NCBI GenBank assembly: GCA_028817015.1
Contig: JAPPQJ010000193.1
Location: 1 to 42,138 of the forward strand
Source: Gammaproteobacteria bacterium
Lineage (GTDB): Bacteria; Pseudomonadota; Gammaproteobacteria; Arenicellales; Poriferihabitantaceae
Direction: 5' to 3'
DNA: 42,138 nt
Numbering within the stretch: the first letter of the stretch is position 1; each line of letters opens with the position of its first letter. The position numbers were made by a program, and so were the translations under genes. Below are positions 15,567 to 24,641 of this stretch, piece by piece. The notes beneath the pieces are model-generated. The model was not told the DNA's origin, did not search any database, and worked only from the letters and a program-made list of their open reading frames with translations.

Positions 15567-17381
15567 ATGCCCGAAAAATTCGCCAATCGTTTTGAGAATC
15601 TGAGCGCGATCGCACGTCTGATTAATTCCAGCGGAGAGCTCGACGCCGTTTTGGATCTCGTTGTTTACGCGCTGTGCGCGCACTCCGATTGGTCGATGAG
15701 CGGGGTGCTGAGCATCGATGAGAAGGCGGGGGTCACCAGGGTGGTGAAACGCTTTGACCCCTATCAAACCGCGGACAAGAACATTTCAATGACGTGGGAT
15801 TTGGCCACCAGCCCGGTCGCCGAAGTGGTTCGTTCCCAAAAACCGCTTGTCATCGCCGATGCGATGGATACGCCGAAATACCCGGATTACCGGAAAGACG
15901 CCCGTGCTCGCGGCTATCACACAACGGTAATTTTGCCGTTGCTTGCTGCCGACAGCCGGGGCAGGCCAATGGTCTTGAGCGTTCTGTCACGGGATGTTGT
16001 GAATGTCTCGGATCGCGAATTAAGTTTCCTGCGCATGGTGAGCGATTTTGCTTCGATTGCAATGGACAAAACGGTTCGCATCGAAGCCGAACGAAACACT
16101 TCCGCGAGATTGCGCCGCTCGGTCGAAGTTTACACCGGTATTATGCGGCCGGTTATCGAGGGCGGATCGTTGCTTGCCGTGGCCGGTGAGTTGAATCGAA
16201 TTTTTGAACAACCCTGGCTGATCGTCGATTTGACCACCCATGAAATCATCAGCCACACGCCTCCGGCGCGCTTTCCATACGGAGAAGAGCGATGGCGTGC
16301 GTGGACGGCAGCCGGCGGGAAGCGCCAGTTTGTGGCTTGGTCGCGCGACCTCGACCCGCATGTCGCCGAAAGTCAAAAGGTCTTGACGCTCAATGTGGAC
16401 GCCGGCCCGGTCGCCTGCAATGCGCAAATCTCCCCGTTGATCGTGGATGGGGAAATGGTCGGCGCCCTGTACCTGTTCGCCTCCGAAAATGATCGGGACA
16501 ACCTCGACCGCCTGCAGATACAAGCCGTGCGGCTGGCGCTGAGCGCCGCCCTGATGCGCGGCATAATCGGTTTTCGCTGCGCCGTTAATTTTCAGGATGA
16601 AATCGTGCGGCGGCTGTTTGCCGGCGAATGGGAGAACCGCGGCGATTTTATGGACCGCGCTTCGGCTGCTGGCATCATGCTGAATCAGCCGCTGCAGATA
16701 TTGATTATGGCCGGTGCGACAAAGAGGCGAAAAAGCGCCGCGCTTACGGCGCCGGGGCGTTTGCTGCAACTCACCGCGCGCCTGGTGAAGGAGTTGTTTG
16801 ACGGGTATGTGACGGTGGAGCAAAGCGATACAATGGTTTCGCTTCTGCCCGCTTGTGATCGGGGCAACGCTGAGTTTTCCGTCCGCATGCGGCGACTGCA
16901 GGCAACAATAGAGTTAAACACCTCCAACAACTGGGTTATGATACTCAGCGATCCTTGTGAAGAGATCGGTGAATTCGGCCAGCTGCACCGGCGTTGCAAG
17001 CGCATCCTCACCCTGGCGCGCTCCCTGGGAATCACCGGCCTTGTTTCGACGCAGTGTTTCGGATCACTGCCGTTGTTGTTGTCCATGGCGGATAATGCTG
17101 TGGTGGAAGAATTTCTTGATCACACGATTCACCGCATTGAGCGCGCTGATCCGAAGCACGGGCGTCAAAACCTCGACACCCTGCGCGCTTTTGTCAATTG
17201 TGAGGGGCGGTTTCAACCTTGCGCCAAAGAACTTGGTGTTCATGTGTCAACTCTGCGCTACCGGCTGGGAAAACTGCATGAGCGTTTCGGGATCAGCGCA
17301 ACCTGCGCAACCACTCGTTTTGATCTGCAAATTGCCTTTCGATTGTACGACCTCTTAAATTCCGTTGATACGGGCAAGTAA
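15567..17381 (+). CDS. PucR/CdaR-family transcriptional regulator with an N-terminal GAF-like sensor domain
   Basis: The C-terminal PucR-type HTH reads LDTLRAFVNCEGRFQPCAKELGVHVSTLRYRLGKLHERFGI. The N-terminus is GAF-like (LSAIARLINSSGELDAVLDLVV...VLSRDVVNVSDRELSFLRMVSDFASIAM). The start is placed at the ATG at 15567; the ORF-track start at 15531 is a GTG. Confidence 0.85.
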   Translation: MPEKFANRFENLSAIARLINSSGELDAVLDLVVYALCAHSDWSMSGVLSIDEKAGVTRVVKRFDPYQTADKNISMTWDLATSPVAEVVRSQKPLVIADAMDTPKYPDYRKDARARGYHTTVILPLLAADSRGRPMVLSVLSRDVVNVSDRELSFLRMVSDFASIAMDKTVRIEAERNTSARLRRSVEVYTGIMRPVIEGGSLLAVAGELNRIFEQPWLIVDLTTHEIISHTPPARFPYGEERWRAWTAAGGKRQFVAWSRDLDPHVAESQKVLTLNVDAGPVACNAQISPLIVDGEMVGALYLFASENDRDNLDRLQIQAVRLALSAALMRGIIGFRCAVNFQDEIVRRLFAGEWENRGDFMDRASAAGIMLNQPLQILIMAGATKRRKSAALTAPGRLLQLTARLVKELFDGYVTVEQSDTMVSLLPACDRGNAEFSVRMRRLQATIELNTSNNWVMILSDPCEEIGEFGQLHRRCKRILTLARSLGITGLVSTQCFGSLPLLLSMADNAVVEEFLDHTIHRIERADPKHGRQNLDTLRAFVNCEGRFQPCAKELGVHVSTLRYRLGKLHERFGISATCATTRFDLQIAFRLYDLLNSVDTGK

Positions 17382-17520
17382 GCGATTTTTCCGGCATAGC
17401 ACAGGAAAATCGGCCCGAAAATTCCTGTTACTTGTGGATTGTTTTCCCGTTTGTTGTCGATATGATGGGCCATTTCGAGAAAAACCGGGATGTGTTGTCA
17501 GGCGATGGTTGAGGTGTGCA

Positions 17521-17799
17521 GTGAAAAATCGAAAAAAGCGCGAATCAAATGCGGAAACGGCGTCACTGCGGCGGGTGTCCGGCGGTTTTGTCGCCGGTGC
17601 CTCGGCGGTTGCGGCCATTGAGCCCAAAGGCCGGGTGCGCGGGATGATGGCCGACCCGTTCGCTTCCGTTTCGATGAATCTCCCGCTTGTGCCGGCCCGT
17701 ATCGGGCGATTGGCGATGAGCGGCGAATTTTGTGCCACGGGCGGCTTCGCGACAAATGCTCTTTCAGCCCGCCGACCAACCCCGTCGGAAATGACATGA
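17521..17799 (+). CDS. Candidate small ORF (92 aa), hypothetical, in the gap upstream of the LLM oxidoreductase gene
   Basis: A GTG at 17521 lies 4-6 nt after GAGGTG. About two thirds of third positions are G/C by my count. The product is VKNRKKRESNAETASLRRVSGGFVAGASAVAAIEPKG..., with a basic N-terminus, an RR pair and an Ala/Gly-rich hydrophobic stretch. I recognise no family, and it may be non-coding. Confidence 0.3.
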   Translation: MKNRKKRESNAETASLRRVSGGFVAGASAVAAIEPKGRVRGMMADPFASVSMNLPLVPARIGRLAMSGEFCATGGFATNALSARRPTPSEMT

Positions 17800-17845
17800 A
17801 CCAAAAGATGCAAGCACAAACGCGCCGAACGCCGGGAGTAGAGGG

Positions 17846-18916
17846 TTGAAATTTTCGATTCTCATCAATCTCGACCGCTTCGGTCCAAATGAGGATATGA
17901 GCACTGTGCTTCGACAGCGCCTCGAACTGGTGCAGATCGCGGACCGCGGCGGATTCGATATTGCCTGGACTGCCGAGCATCACACCCTTGAGGTGACCAT
18001 TGCGCCCAATCCGCTTCTATTGCTTGCCTACTGGGGGCAGCACACCGAACGCATCCGCCTGGGTACAGCGGTTCTCTCTGCGCCGTATTGGCATCCGATT
18101 CGACTTGCCGGTGAAATTGCGATGACCGACCTGCTTCTTGAGGGCCGGCTGGAACTTGGTTTCGGCCGCGGGTCGTATCAGTATGAATTTGACCGCATGG
18201 CCGGCGGCATGAACCAGGGTGAGGGCGGCAAGTATCTCCGCGAGTTGATTCCGGTATTGAAGGAACTGTGGAAGGGGGACTATGCCCATAACGGTGAACT
18301 GTGGTCTTTCCCCGCCGCCACTTCGGTGCCCAAACCGTTGCAGTCTCCGCATCCGCGCATGTGGGTTGCGGCGCGTGACCCGCATACATTTGATTTCGCG
18401 GTGAAAAATCATTGCCACATTATGTCCACGCCGCTCCAGCGCCCGTATGGGGAAGTTGTTACGTTGTGTGAGCGCCTCGATGAATCTGCGCGGAACAACC
18501 CGCATATGCCTCGCCCCGAGCATATGATGCTGCGCCGCGCCTGTGTCTATGAGAATCCCGATGACTGGGAAATTCCGGTGCGCGCAACCGTCAATTTTGG
18601 TCGTTACTTCGAGAACGTTTTCCGCAATATTGGCACCGTTCGGAACGGTTTTCCTGAACCGGTCGATTATCGTGTAATCGAAAACAAAAACGATTACGCC
18701 TCCGACGCGCTGCACCGGAACATGATATTCGGCACGCCCGACCGGGTCGTCGAAAAGCTCGAGGCATATGAGAAAGCGGGCGTTGATCACTACCTGTACG
18801 GCGCATGTTTCGGCATGCCTCACGAGTTTACCGTCAAGTCCCTGCGGCTTTTCTGCGATGAAGTGATTCCGCATTTCAAAATCAAGCAAATGAATTGCCG
18901 CAAAAGAGCAACCTGA
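17846..18916 (+). CDS. LLM-class (luciferase-like) flavin-dependent oxidoreductase
   Basis: The ORF is 356 aa. It reads MKFSILINLD...GGFDIAWTAEHHTLEVTIAPNP...LGTAVLSAPYWHPIRLAGEIAMTDLLLEGRLELGFGRG, which is typical of the bacterial luciferase-like family. The start is TTG after GGGAGTAGAGGG. Confidence 0.88.
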   Translation: MKFSILINLDRFGPNEDMSTVLRQRLELVQIADRGGFDIAWTAEHHTLEVTIAPNPLLLLAYWGQHTERIRLGTAVLSAPYWHPIRLAGEIAMTDLLLEGRLELGFGRGSYQYEFDRMAGGMNQGEGGKYLRELIPVLKELWKGDYAHNGELWSFPAATSVPKPLQSPHPRMWVAARDPHTFDFAVKNHCHIMSTPLQRPYGEVVTLCERLDESARNNPHMPRPEHMMLRRACVYENPDDWEIPVRATVNFGRYFENVFRNIGTVRNGFPEPVDYRVIENKNDYASDALHRNMIFGTPDRVVEKLEAYEKAGVDHYLYGACFGMPHEFTVKSLRLFCDEVIPHFKIKQMNCRKRAT

Positions 18917-18959
18917 AGTCTTCGTTGATTTATTAACCCTTTAGTCATAGGAGAGCACA

Positions 18960-20570
18960 ATGGTAAACAGCAAAGCGACACATGAAAAGAAGTTCATATC
19001 CAGGTCCGCGGAGAAGGAGTCAACACAATGCCCGAGTTTGCTTTCTCGCAGACAATTCGTTAAGGCTGGAGTGGCGGGAGTCGGGGGCATCGTTATTCCA
19101 TCGCTTTCAGCGCCCGCTTTCGCCGCCGGGCGGGGCGGCACTCTTAAGGTGGCCTTGACCGCGGATCCGATTAGTTTTGACCCGCACTTGACCGGCAACC
19201 TGCAGGGCCGCGGCGCGGCGCAGTCGATACACGACACGTTGTTCGGGATCGACAACAAGGGTAATCTTTCACCCATGCTTGTCGATCGCTGGGAGCAGCC
19301 GGACAACAAAACTTATCTTCTTCATTTGCGCTCCGGCGTAAAATTCCACGACGGGACGGATTTCGATGCGGATGCCGTGGTCTATAACATCAATCGTATC
19401 CGAAATCCCGAAACCGGTTCTATCCGGAGCGGTGAGATCAAGGCCCTGGACCGAATTGAGGCCGTGGACAGGCTGACCGTGAAGATGACGCTCAAGTATC
19501 CTTTTGCCGCTTTCCTGTTTCCTTTCACGGACGTGTCCGGTTGCATAGGGTCGCCCGCCGCATTTGAAAAGTACGGAAAAGAGAGGGCCAATCTGAACCC
19601 GGTTGGCACCGGCCCCTTTAAGTTTGCCGGTTACTCGCAGGATACGGAAACCGTGCTTGAGCGCAACGGAAACTATTGGGATGCGGGGAAGCCCTATGTT
19701 GATCGTTTGATATTGCGGCCCATTCCCACCGGTAGTACGCGTCTGATAGAGTTGCAGACGGGTGGTGTCGATCTCTCCGAGGGCTTGCCGCTGCAGAATA
19801 TCGCCGCGTTACGCACGCAACCCGATATTGTCGTATCAGAGCGTGTTGGTTTCAGGTGGGAATACATCGGCTTTAACGCCAAGGAAAAATTTCCCGGCAG
19901 CAATGCCCGATTCCGTCAGGCATTTCAATGGGCGATTGACAGGGAGGCTCTCCACCATGTCGCTTATTTCGGAACCGGCGCTGTCGGCTACAGTGGCATT
20001 CTGCCAAGCCACCCTTTTCATGAATCCGCTTACAAACCGTTCACATACAACAAGGATATGGCCGGGAAACTGCTTGACGAATCGGGCCTGGGCTCAGCAG
20101 AGATTACCGCTTATCTGCGTCCGGAGCCCGTTAAGCAGCGCGCCGCGCAATTGGTGCAGGCAATGGCTGCGGATGTTGGCGTCAAGATTAATCTTGAGCA
20201 GTTGGACTATGCAAGCCACCGGGCGAAGTTGCGAAGCGGGGAATTGCCGATGGACATGCACGGATGGTGGGGCTATCGGCCGGACCCGGACCAGTACTTG
20301 TCGGTGCTGCTGGGTTCCGACGGGTCTTATGCCAAACGTCACGGCTACAACAACCCGAAAATGGACGATCTGTTTCGTAAACAGCGGGCTGAAACTGACC
20401 GGGATAAGCGCCGCGCGCTGTTCCGCCGCATCACCGATCTGATGAATGAAGATGCGATCTATGTGCCCTGGCATTATAGTTCTGACTTCAAAGGGCTCAG
20501 TCCGAGAGTAAAGGGTTTTCACCACGCTGCAGATGCAATCATCGAGTACAAACACATATCGCTGGGCTGA
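18960..20570 (+). CDS. ABC transporter substrate-binding protein, family 5, with a twin-arginine-like signal peptide
   Basis: AGGAGAG lies upstream. The motif SRRQFVKAGVAGVGGIVIPSLSAPAFAAG matches S-R-R-x-F-L-K. The SBP_bac_5 core reads MLVDRWEQPDNKTYLLHLRSGVKFHDGTDFDADAV. Confidence 0.9.
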   Translation: MVNSKATHEKKFISRSAEKESTQCPSLLSRRQFVKAGVAGVGGIVIPSLSAPAFAAGRGGTLKVALTADPISFDPHLTGNLQGRGAAQSIHDTLFGIDNKGNLSPMLVDRWEQPDNKTYLLHLRSGVKFHDGTDFDADAVVYNINRIRNPETGSIRSGEIKALDRIEAVDRLTVKMTLKYPFAAFLFPFTDVSGCIGSPAAFEKYGKERANLNPVGTGPFKFAGYSQDTETVLERNGNYWDAGKPYVDRLILRPIPTGSTRLIELQTGGVDLSEGLPLQNIAALRTQPDIVVSERVGFRWEYIGFNAKEKFPGSNARFRQAFQWAIDREALHHVAYFGTGAVGYSGILPSHPFHESAYKPFTYNKDMAGKLLDESGLGSAEITAYLRPEPVKQRAAQLVQAMAADVGVKINLEQLDYASHRAKLRSGELPMDMHGWWGYRPDPDQYLSVLLGSDGSYAKRHGYNNPKMDDLFRKQRAETDRDKRRALFRRITDLMNEDAIYVPWHYSSDFKGLSPRVKGFHHAADAIIEYKHISLG

Positions 20571-20601
20571 TTTTTGCGATAAAAAAAGCGGGCATTGTGG
20601 C

Positions 20602-20629
20602 GGGGATATCGGCGTAGTCCGATGTCCCC
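20602..20629 (+). other. Intercistronic stem-loop between the SBP gene and the permease genes
   Basis: GGGGATATCGG-cgtagt-CCGATGTCCCC forms an 11-bp stem with one G.U pair and a 6-nt loop. It lies 32 nt after the SBP stop. No U-tract follows it. Confidence 0.4.
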
Positions 20630-20705
20630 GTGGATGCCGGCTTTTCGGTAACACTCCATAAGTTATGCGGCCTTAAATGGCCGGCGACTAAAGGGGGCAC
20701 GAAGA

Positions 20706-21659
20706 ATGTTTGCGTTTGCTGTCCGCCGCACCGCAGCCGCCATACCGGTATTGGTTATGGTTTCCCTGATCGTATTCTTCCTCATGCGCCTCTTGCCGGG
20801 GGACATCATAGACTTGATTGTCAGCCAGGCTCAGGTTGATGTCAGCGAAGAAATGATTGCCGAGTTGCGCAGACAGTACGGGCTCGACAAACCGGTATAT
20901 GTGCAGTATTACGTCTGGGTGCGTCAGATTCTGGCGGGGGATTTTGGCCTTTCTTTCCGCAGCCACCAACCGGTCATTGAAATTATCCTTCCCCGCCTCA
21001 TGCCGACCTTCCAAATCGGCCTTGCCGCCCTCTTTTTCTCCTCGTTGGTGGCCATCCCGCTGGGAGCGATTAGCGCCGCACGACCAAACTCCATTTGGGA
21101 CCGGATTGGTGCCTTCGGCACTTTCATCGGCGCTTCCATGCCCTACTTCCTGGTGGGCGGCCTGTTAATCTATTTTGTGTCCCTTCAGTTGGGTTTGCTG
21201 CCTCCATCGGGGTTTGTTTCCCCGACCGACGATTTGACTGACAGCATCAGGCACACGATCATGCCGGCGATTACCCTGGCCCTGAGCTTGACCGCCATTC
21301 TCATCCGCCAGGCCAGAGCCAGTTTTAGTGATGTCCTTCAACACCCTTATATACGAACAGCCTACGCCAAGGGTTTGTCTGAAACTCGCGTCGTCGTCCA
21401 GCACGCGATGAAAAACGCTTTGCTGCCCATCGTGACTATCCTGGGATTGCAGTTGGGGGTGATTCTCAGTGGCGCCGTGGTTACGGAAACCGTGTTCGCC
21501 GTGCCCGGCATTGGTCGCTTGCTGGTGGATTCCATCCTCGGGCGGGATTATCCGATAGTTCAGGCGCTGGTTTTGTTGATCGCTGCGGCGGTTGTACTGG
21601 CAACACTGCTGGTCGATATTGTTTACGGCGTCCTTGACCCCCGTTCATCGAGAATGTAG
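20706..21659 (+). CDS. Dpp/Opp-type ABC transporter permease (DppB-like)
   Basis: The ORF is 317 aa. It has MFAFAVRRTAAAIPVLVMVSLIVFFLMRLLPGD, six TM segments and a C-terminal LDPR motif. Confidence 0.9.
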   Translation: MFAFAVRRTAAAIPVLVMVSLIVFFLMRLLPGDIIDLIVSQAQVDVSEEMIAELRRQYGLDKPVYVQYYVWVRQILAGDFGLSFRSHQPVIEIILPRLMPTFQIGLAALFFSSLVAIPLGAISAARPNSIWDRIGAFGTFIGASMPYFLVGGLLIYFVSLQLGLLPPSGFVSPTDDLTDSIRHTIMPAITLALSLTAILIRQARASFSDVLQHPYIRTAYAKGLSETRVVVQHAMKNALLPIVTILGLQLGVILSGAVVTETVFAVPGIGRLLVDSILGRDYPIVQALVLLIAAAVVLATLLVDIVYGVLDPRSSRM

Positions 21660-21687
21660 CGCATCTCAAAAGACCATAAACGCGACA

Positions 21688-22581
21688 ATGCCAATACGCC
21701 CCAAAATGCGAGCCCAACGGATGTTTCCGACGCGATCTAAGCGCGTGCGGCGGTGGCTGGCTGCGGAGCCGCTGGGAATGGCCGGCGCCTTGATTGTCGG
21801 GTTGCTGTTGCTTGTTGCGCTGCTTGCTCCGGTGCTTTCTCCCTACCCGCCGGATGCCATCAATTACCGCCATCTTCTGAGCCCGCCGAGCACCGAGCAT
21901 CTTCTGGGCACCGACGACCTCGGACGAGACATATTGAGTCGACTGCTGTACGGCGCTCAACTTTCGTTGTCGGCCGGGATATCGGCGGTGATTCTGTCGG
22001 TTCTCGTTGGCGTTCCCGTTGGTCTTGTGGCGGGCTATGCGGGGGGGATGACAGATGAACTGGTGATGCGCGTATTTGACAGCATTATCGCGCTTCCGCC
22101 GCTTGTTTTGGCTTTGACTATTTCAGCGGTTCTCGGTCCCGGCTTGGTTAATGCAACAATTGCCATAGCCATTGTCGCCGTACCGACTTATGCCCGGTTG
22201 ATCCGGGGGCAAGTGTTGTCGATTAAGAACAACGATTACATACTGGCGGCGCGTTCCGTGGGCGTGTCATCGCGGGCCGTGCTGTTTCGCCATATTTTGC
22301 CCAACGTCATATCTCCGATCATTGTACAAGCGGCCCTCGGCGTGGGTTTTGCCATCATCCTCGAATCGAGTCTCAGCTTTATCGGCCTCGGGGCTCAGCC
22401 GCCAACATCCACCTGGGGCTCGATGGTTCAGACGAGCTTTCAGTATCTCGAACTGGCGCCCTGGTTCGTGATAGCGCCATCAGTGGCCATCTTTGTCGCG
22501 GTACTTGGAGCCAATCTTCTGGGGGAAGGGTTGCGGAATTTTCTGGATCCTAATCAAAAGAAGGCGGCGCAAAAGACATGA
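21688..22581 (+). CDS. Dpp/Opp-type ABC transporter permease (DppC-like)
   Basis: The start is trimmed to the ATG at 21688 (MPIRPKMRAQ...). It has the LGTDDLGRDILSRLLYG motif. The stop overlaps the next start (ATGA at 22578-22581). Confidence 0.88.
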   Translation: MPIRPKMRAQRMFPTRSKRVRRWLAAEPLGMAGALIVGLLLLVALLAPVLSPYPPDAINYRHLLSPPSTEHLLGTDDLGRDILSRLLYGAQLSLSAGISAVILSVLVGVPVGLVAGYAGGMTDELVMRVFDSIIALPPLVLALTISAVLGPGLVNATIAIAIVAVPTYARLIRGQVLSIKNNDYILAARSVGVSSRAVLFRHILPNVISPIIVQAALGVGFAIILESSLSFIGLGAQPPTSTWGSMVQTSFQYLELAPWFVIAPSVAIFVAVLGANLLGEGLRNFLDPNQKKAAQKT

Positions 22582-23567
22582 CGGCCGCGGCACTCAAAAT
22601 CCGGGGCCTGTGCGTGCAAATTGATGGCCGATTCGACGTCGTAAAGAACTTGTCATTCTCTGTTTGTCCGGGCGAGACCGTGTGTCTGGTGGGCGAGTCC
22701 GGATGCGGAAAGAGCATATCGGCTTTGTCGATATTGCGGTTGTTACCGCCGGTCGCCCGTTCCGTAGCCGGCGAAATATATTTCAACGGCCAAAATCTTC
22801 TCGGCTTGCCGGAAAGTGAACTGCGCCGTATCCGGGGTAACGATATTGCGATGATCTTTCAGGAGCCCATGAGCTCCCTCAATCCGCTGCGCACCATCGG
22901 TTTCCAAATCGCCGAAGTAATGATGCTGCACATGGGGTGGTCACGCGCGGCGGCTTGGGCCCGGGCCGCGGAACTTCTCGAAATTGTCCGTATTCCCGAC
23001 GTGCCGCAGGTGCTTGACGGTTACCCTCACCAACTGTCGGGCGGCATGCGTCAACGGGTAATGCTCGCCATGGCGTTGGCGTGTAAACCGGCGGTCATTC
23101 TCGCCGACGAACCGACCACGGCACTCGATGTCACGATTCAGGCGCAAATCACCGGGCTGTTGGCCGAGATGCAGCAAAAATTTGGTACGGCGATAGTGCT
23201 TATTACTCATGACATGGGGCTGGTCGCCGAAAATGCGGATCGGGTTGTCGTTATGTACGCCGGGCGCAAAGTCGAAGAAGCGCCGGTTCAAGAATTCTTT
23301 CAGCATCCGGCGCACCCATATTCGCGCGGCTTGCTAAATTCATTGCCGCAACTGGGGGCAGCAAATTCCTGCGGGCAAGAACGGCTAAAGGAGATTCCGG
23401 GCATGGTTCCGGCATTGGGAGATTTGCCTTCCGGATGCCCGTTTTTCCCCAGGTGTGAACACTCGGACGGGATTTGTCGAGAGCAATTCCCGTCGTATGA
23501 AAGCGTTGGCATCGATCACATCGCGGCCTGTTGGCATCCGCGGGCAATGGAGGAGAATCAACAATGA
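22578..23567 (+). CDS. Dpp/Opp-type ABC transporter ATP-binding protein (DppD/OppD-like)
   Basis: Walker A is GESGCGKS, the signature is LSGGMRQR and Walker B is ILADEPTTALD. A C-terminal 4-Cys extension is present. Confidence 0.9.
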   Translation: MTAAALKIRGLCVQIDGRFDVVKNLSFSVCPGETVCLVGESGCGKSISALSILRLLPPVARSVAGEIYFNGQNLLGLPESELRRIRGNDIAMIFQEPMSSLNPLRTIGFQIAEVMMLHMGWSRAAAWARAAELLEIVRIPDVPQVLDGYPHQLSGGMRQRVMLAMALACKPAVILADEPTTALDVTIQAQITGLLAEMQQKFGTAIVLITHDMGLVAENADRVVVMYAGRKVEEAPVQEFFQHPAHPYSRGLLNSLPQLGAANSCGQERLKEIPGMVPALGDLPSGCPFFPRCEHSDGICREQFPSYESVGIDHIAACWHPRAMEENQQ

Positions 23568-24586
23568 CCGTGGTGCGTGAATATAGCCGGGGAGTCGGGG
23601 AACGCGGGGAAAAACCGCTGGTGTTGCGCGTGCACGGCCTGAAGAAGCACTTCCCAATTCGTGGCGGCGTATTTTCCAGAATCACCGGCTATGTTCACGC
23701 GGTTGACGGTGTATCCTTTGACCTTCCCGTAGGTGAGACACTCGGTTTCGTTGGGGAGAGCGGCTGCGGCAAGTCCACGGTGGGGAAAACCGTTCTCCGG
23801 CTGCTGTTGCCGACAGCCGGCTCTGTTGAGATTGGAGGAAGGGATGTAACAACCCTGAGTGAACACGCATTAAGGCCGCTTCGCCGCAAGATGCAGATGG
23901 TGTTTCAGGATCCCTACTCATCCTTGAATCCGCGCATGACCGTCGGCTCCATCGTGGCTGAGCCGCTGGTCACTCACGGTATCGCCGGCGGCCGGGAATT
24001 GACCGACCGCGTTGCGACATTATTCGCGAAAGTCGGCCTGCGACCGGAGCAAATGACCGGGTATCCGCATCAGTTTTCCGGGGGGCAACGTCAGCGGGTT
24101 GCCATCGCTCGTGCGCTCGCAGTGGAACCCGACTTGATTGTCTGTGATGAACCGGTGTCAGCGCTTGACATATCGATTCAGGCGCAGATCATCAACCTGA
24201 TGATGGACCTCCAGGATGACCTCGGACTGTCATATTTGTTCATCTCCCATGACCTTGCCGTGGTCGAACTCATCGCTGACCGTATTGCGGTAATGTACCT
24301 GGGGAGCATCGCCGAAATTGGCGCCAAAGAGGATGTTATGCGCAATCCGCGGCACCCTTACACCAAAGCGCTGCTTTCAGCGGTGCCGTTGCCCGACCCA
24401 AAACGGAAGAACCGGGCGCAGATCGTATTAAACGGGGATGTGCCGAGTCCTTCCAATCCGCCATCGGGGTGCAGATTCCATTCCCGGTGTCATCTCGCTC
24501 AAGAACGGTGCCGGGTTGAGGCGCCTGAATTGAAAAGCGGCGCCGGCGGTCACGCAGTGGCTTGTCACTTCCGCGATATTAATTGA
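23564..24586 (+). CDS. Dpp/Opp-type ABC transporter ATP-binding protein (DppF/OppF-like)
   Basis: The start is at the ATG at 23564, in an ATGA overlap with the upstream stop. Motifs are GESGCGKST, FSGGQRQR and IVCDEPVSALD. A C-terminal 4-Cys extension is present. Confidence 0.9.
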   Translation: MTVVREYSRGVGERGEKPLVLRVHGLKKHFPIRGGVFSRITGYVHAVDGVSFDLPVGETLGFVGESGCGKSTVGKTVLRLLLPTAGSVEIGGRDVTTLSEHALRPLRRKMQMVFQDPYSSLNPRMTVGSIVAEPLVTHGIAGGRELTDRVATLFAKVGLRPEQMTGYPHQFSGGQRQRVAIARALAVEPDLIVCDEPVSALDISIQAQIINLMMDLQDDLGLSYLFISHDLAVVELIADRIAVMYLGSIAEIGAKEDVMRNPRHPYTKALLSAVPLPDPKRKNRAQIVLNGDVPSPSNPPSGCRFHSRCHLAQERCRVEAPELKSGAGGHAVACHFRDIN

Positions 24587-24641
24587 CGGATCTTTTGTCA
24601 ACGGCATCATCCCGATCAGTACTCATATCCGGGGAATATCC

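Noticed and set aside
15117-15767. A 216-aa minus-strand ORF spanning the DMFase-like 3' end and the PucR 5' end.
   Set aside because: It overlaps two well-supported + strand genes and the promoter region between them. It has no family resemblance and is likely spurious.
17382-17845. A riboswitch (cobalamin, FMN, TPP or guanidine) in the long leader of the LLM/ABC genes.
   Set aside because: I could not find a B12 box (GCCACTG-like; only GCCACGG is present), an RFN core, the TPP CTGAGA/ACCTGA pair or ACGR-loop hairpins. Without a covariance-model scan I cannot claim any riboswitch. The gap is reported as unexplained instead.
19012-19063. A strong AAGGAG followed 10 nt later by an ATG (19028) inside the SBP gene, giving an 11-codon out-of-frame ORF.
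   Set aside because: It is too short and sits inside the signal-peptide-coding region of a well-supported gene. It is most likely chance. The in-frame TTG at 19038 is too far from the Shine-Dalgarno sequence and would leave almost no n-region.
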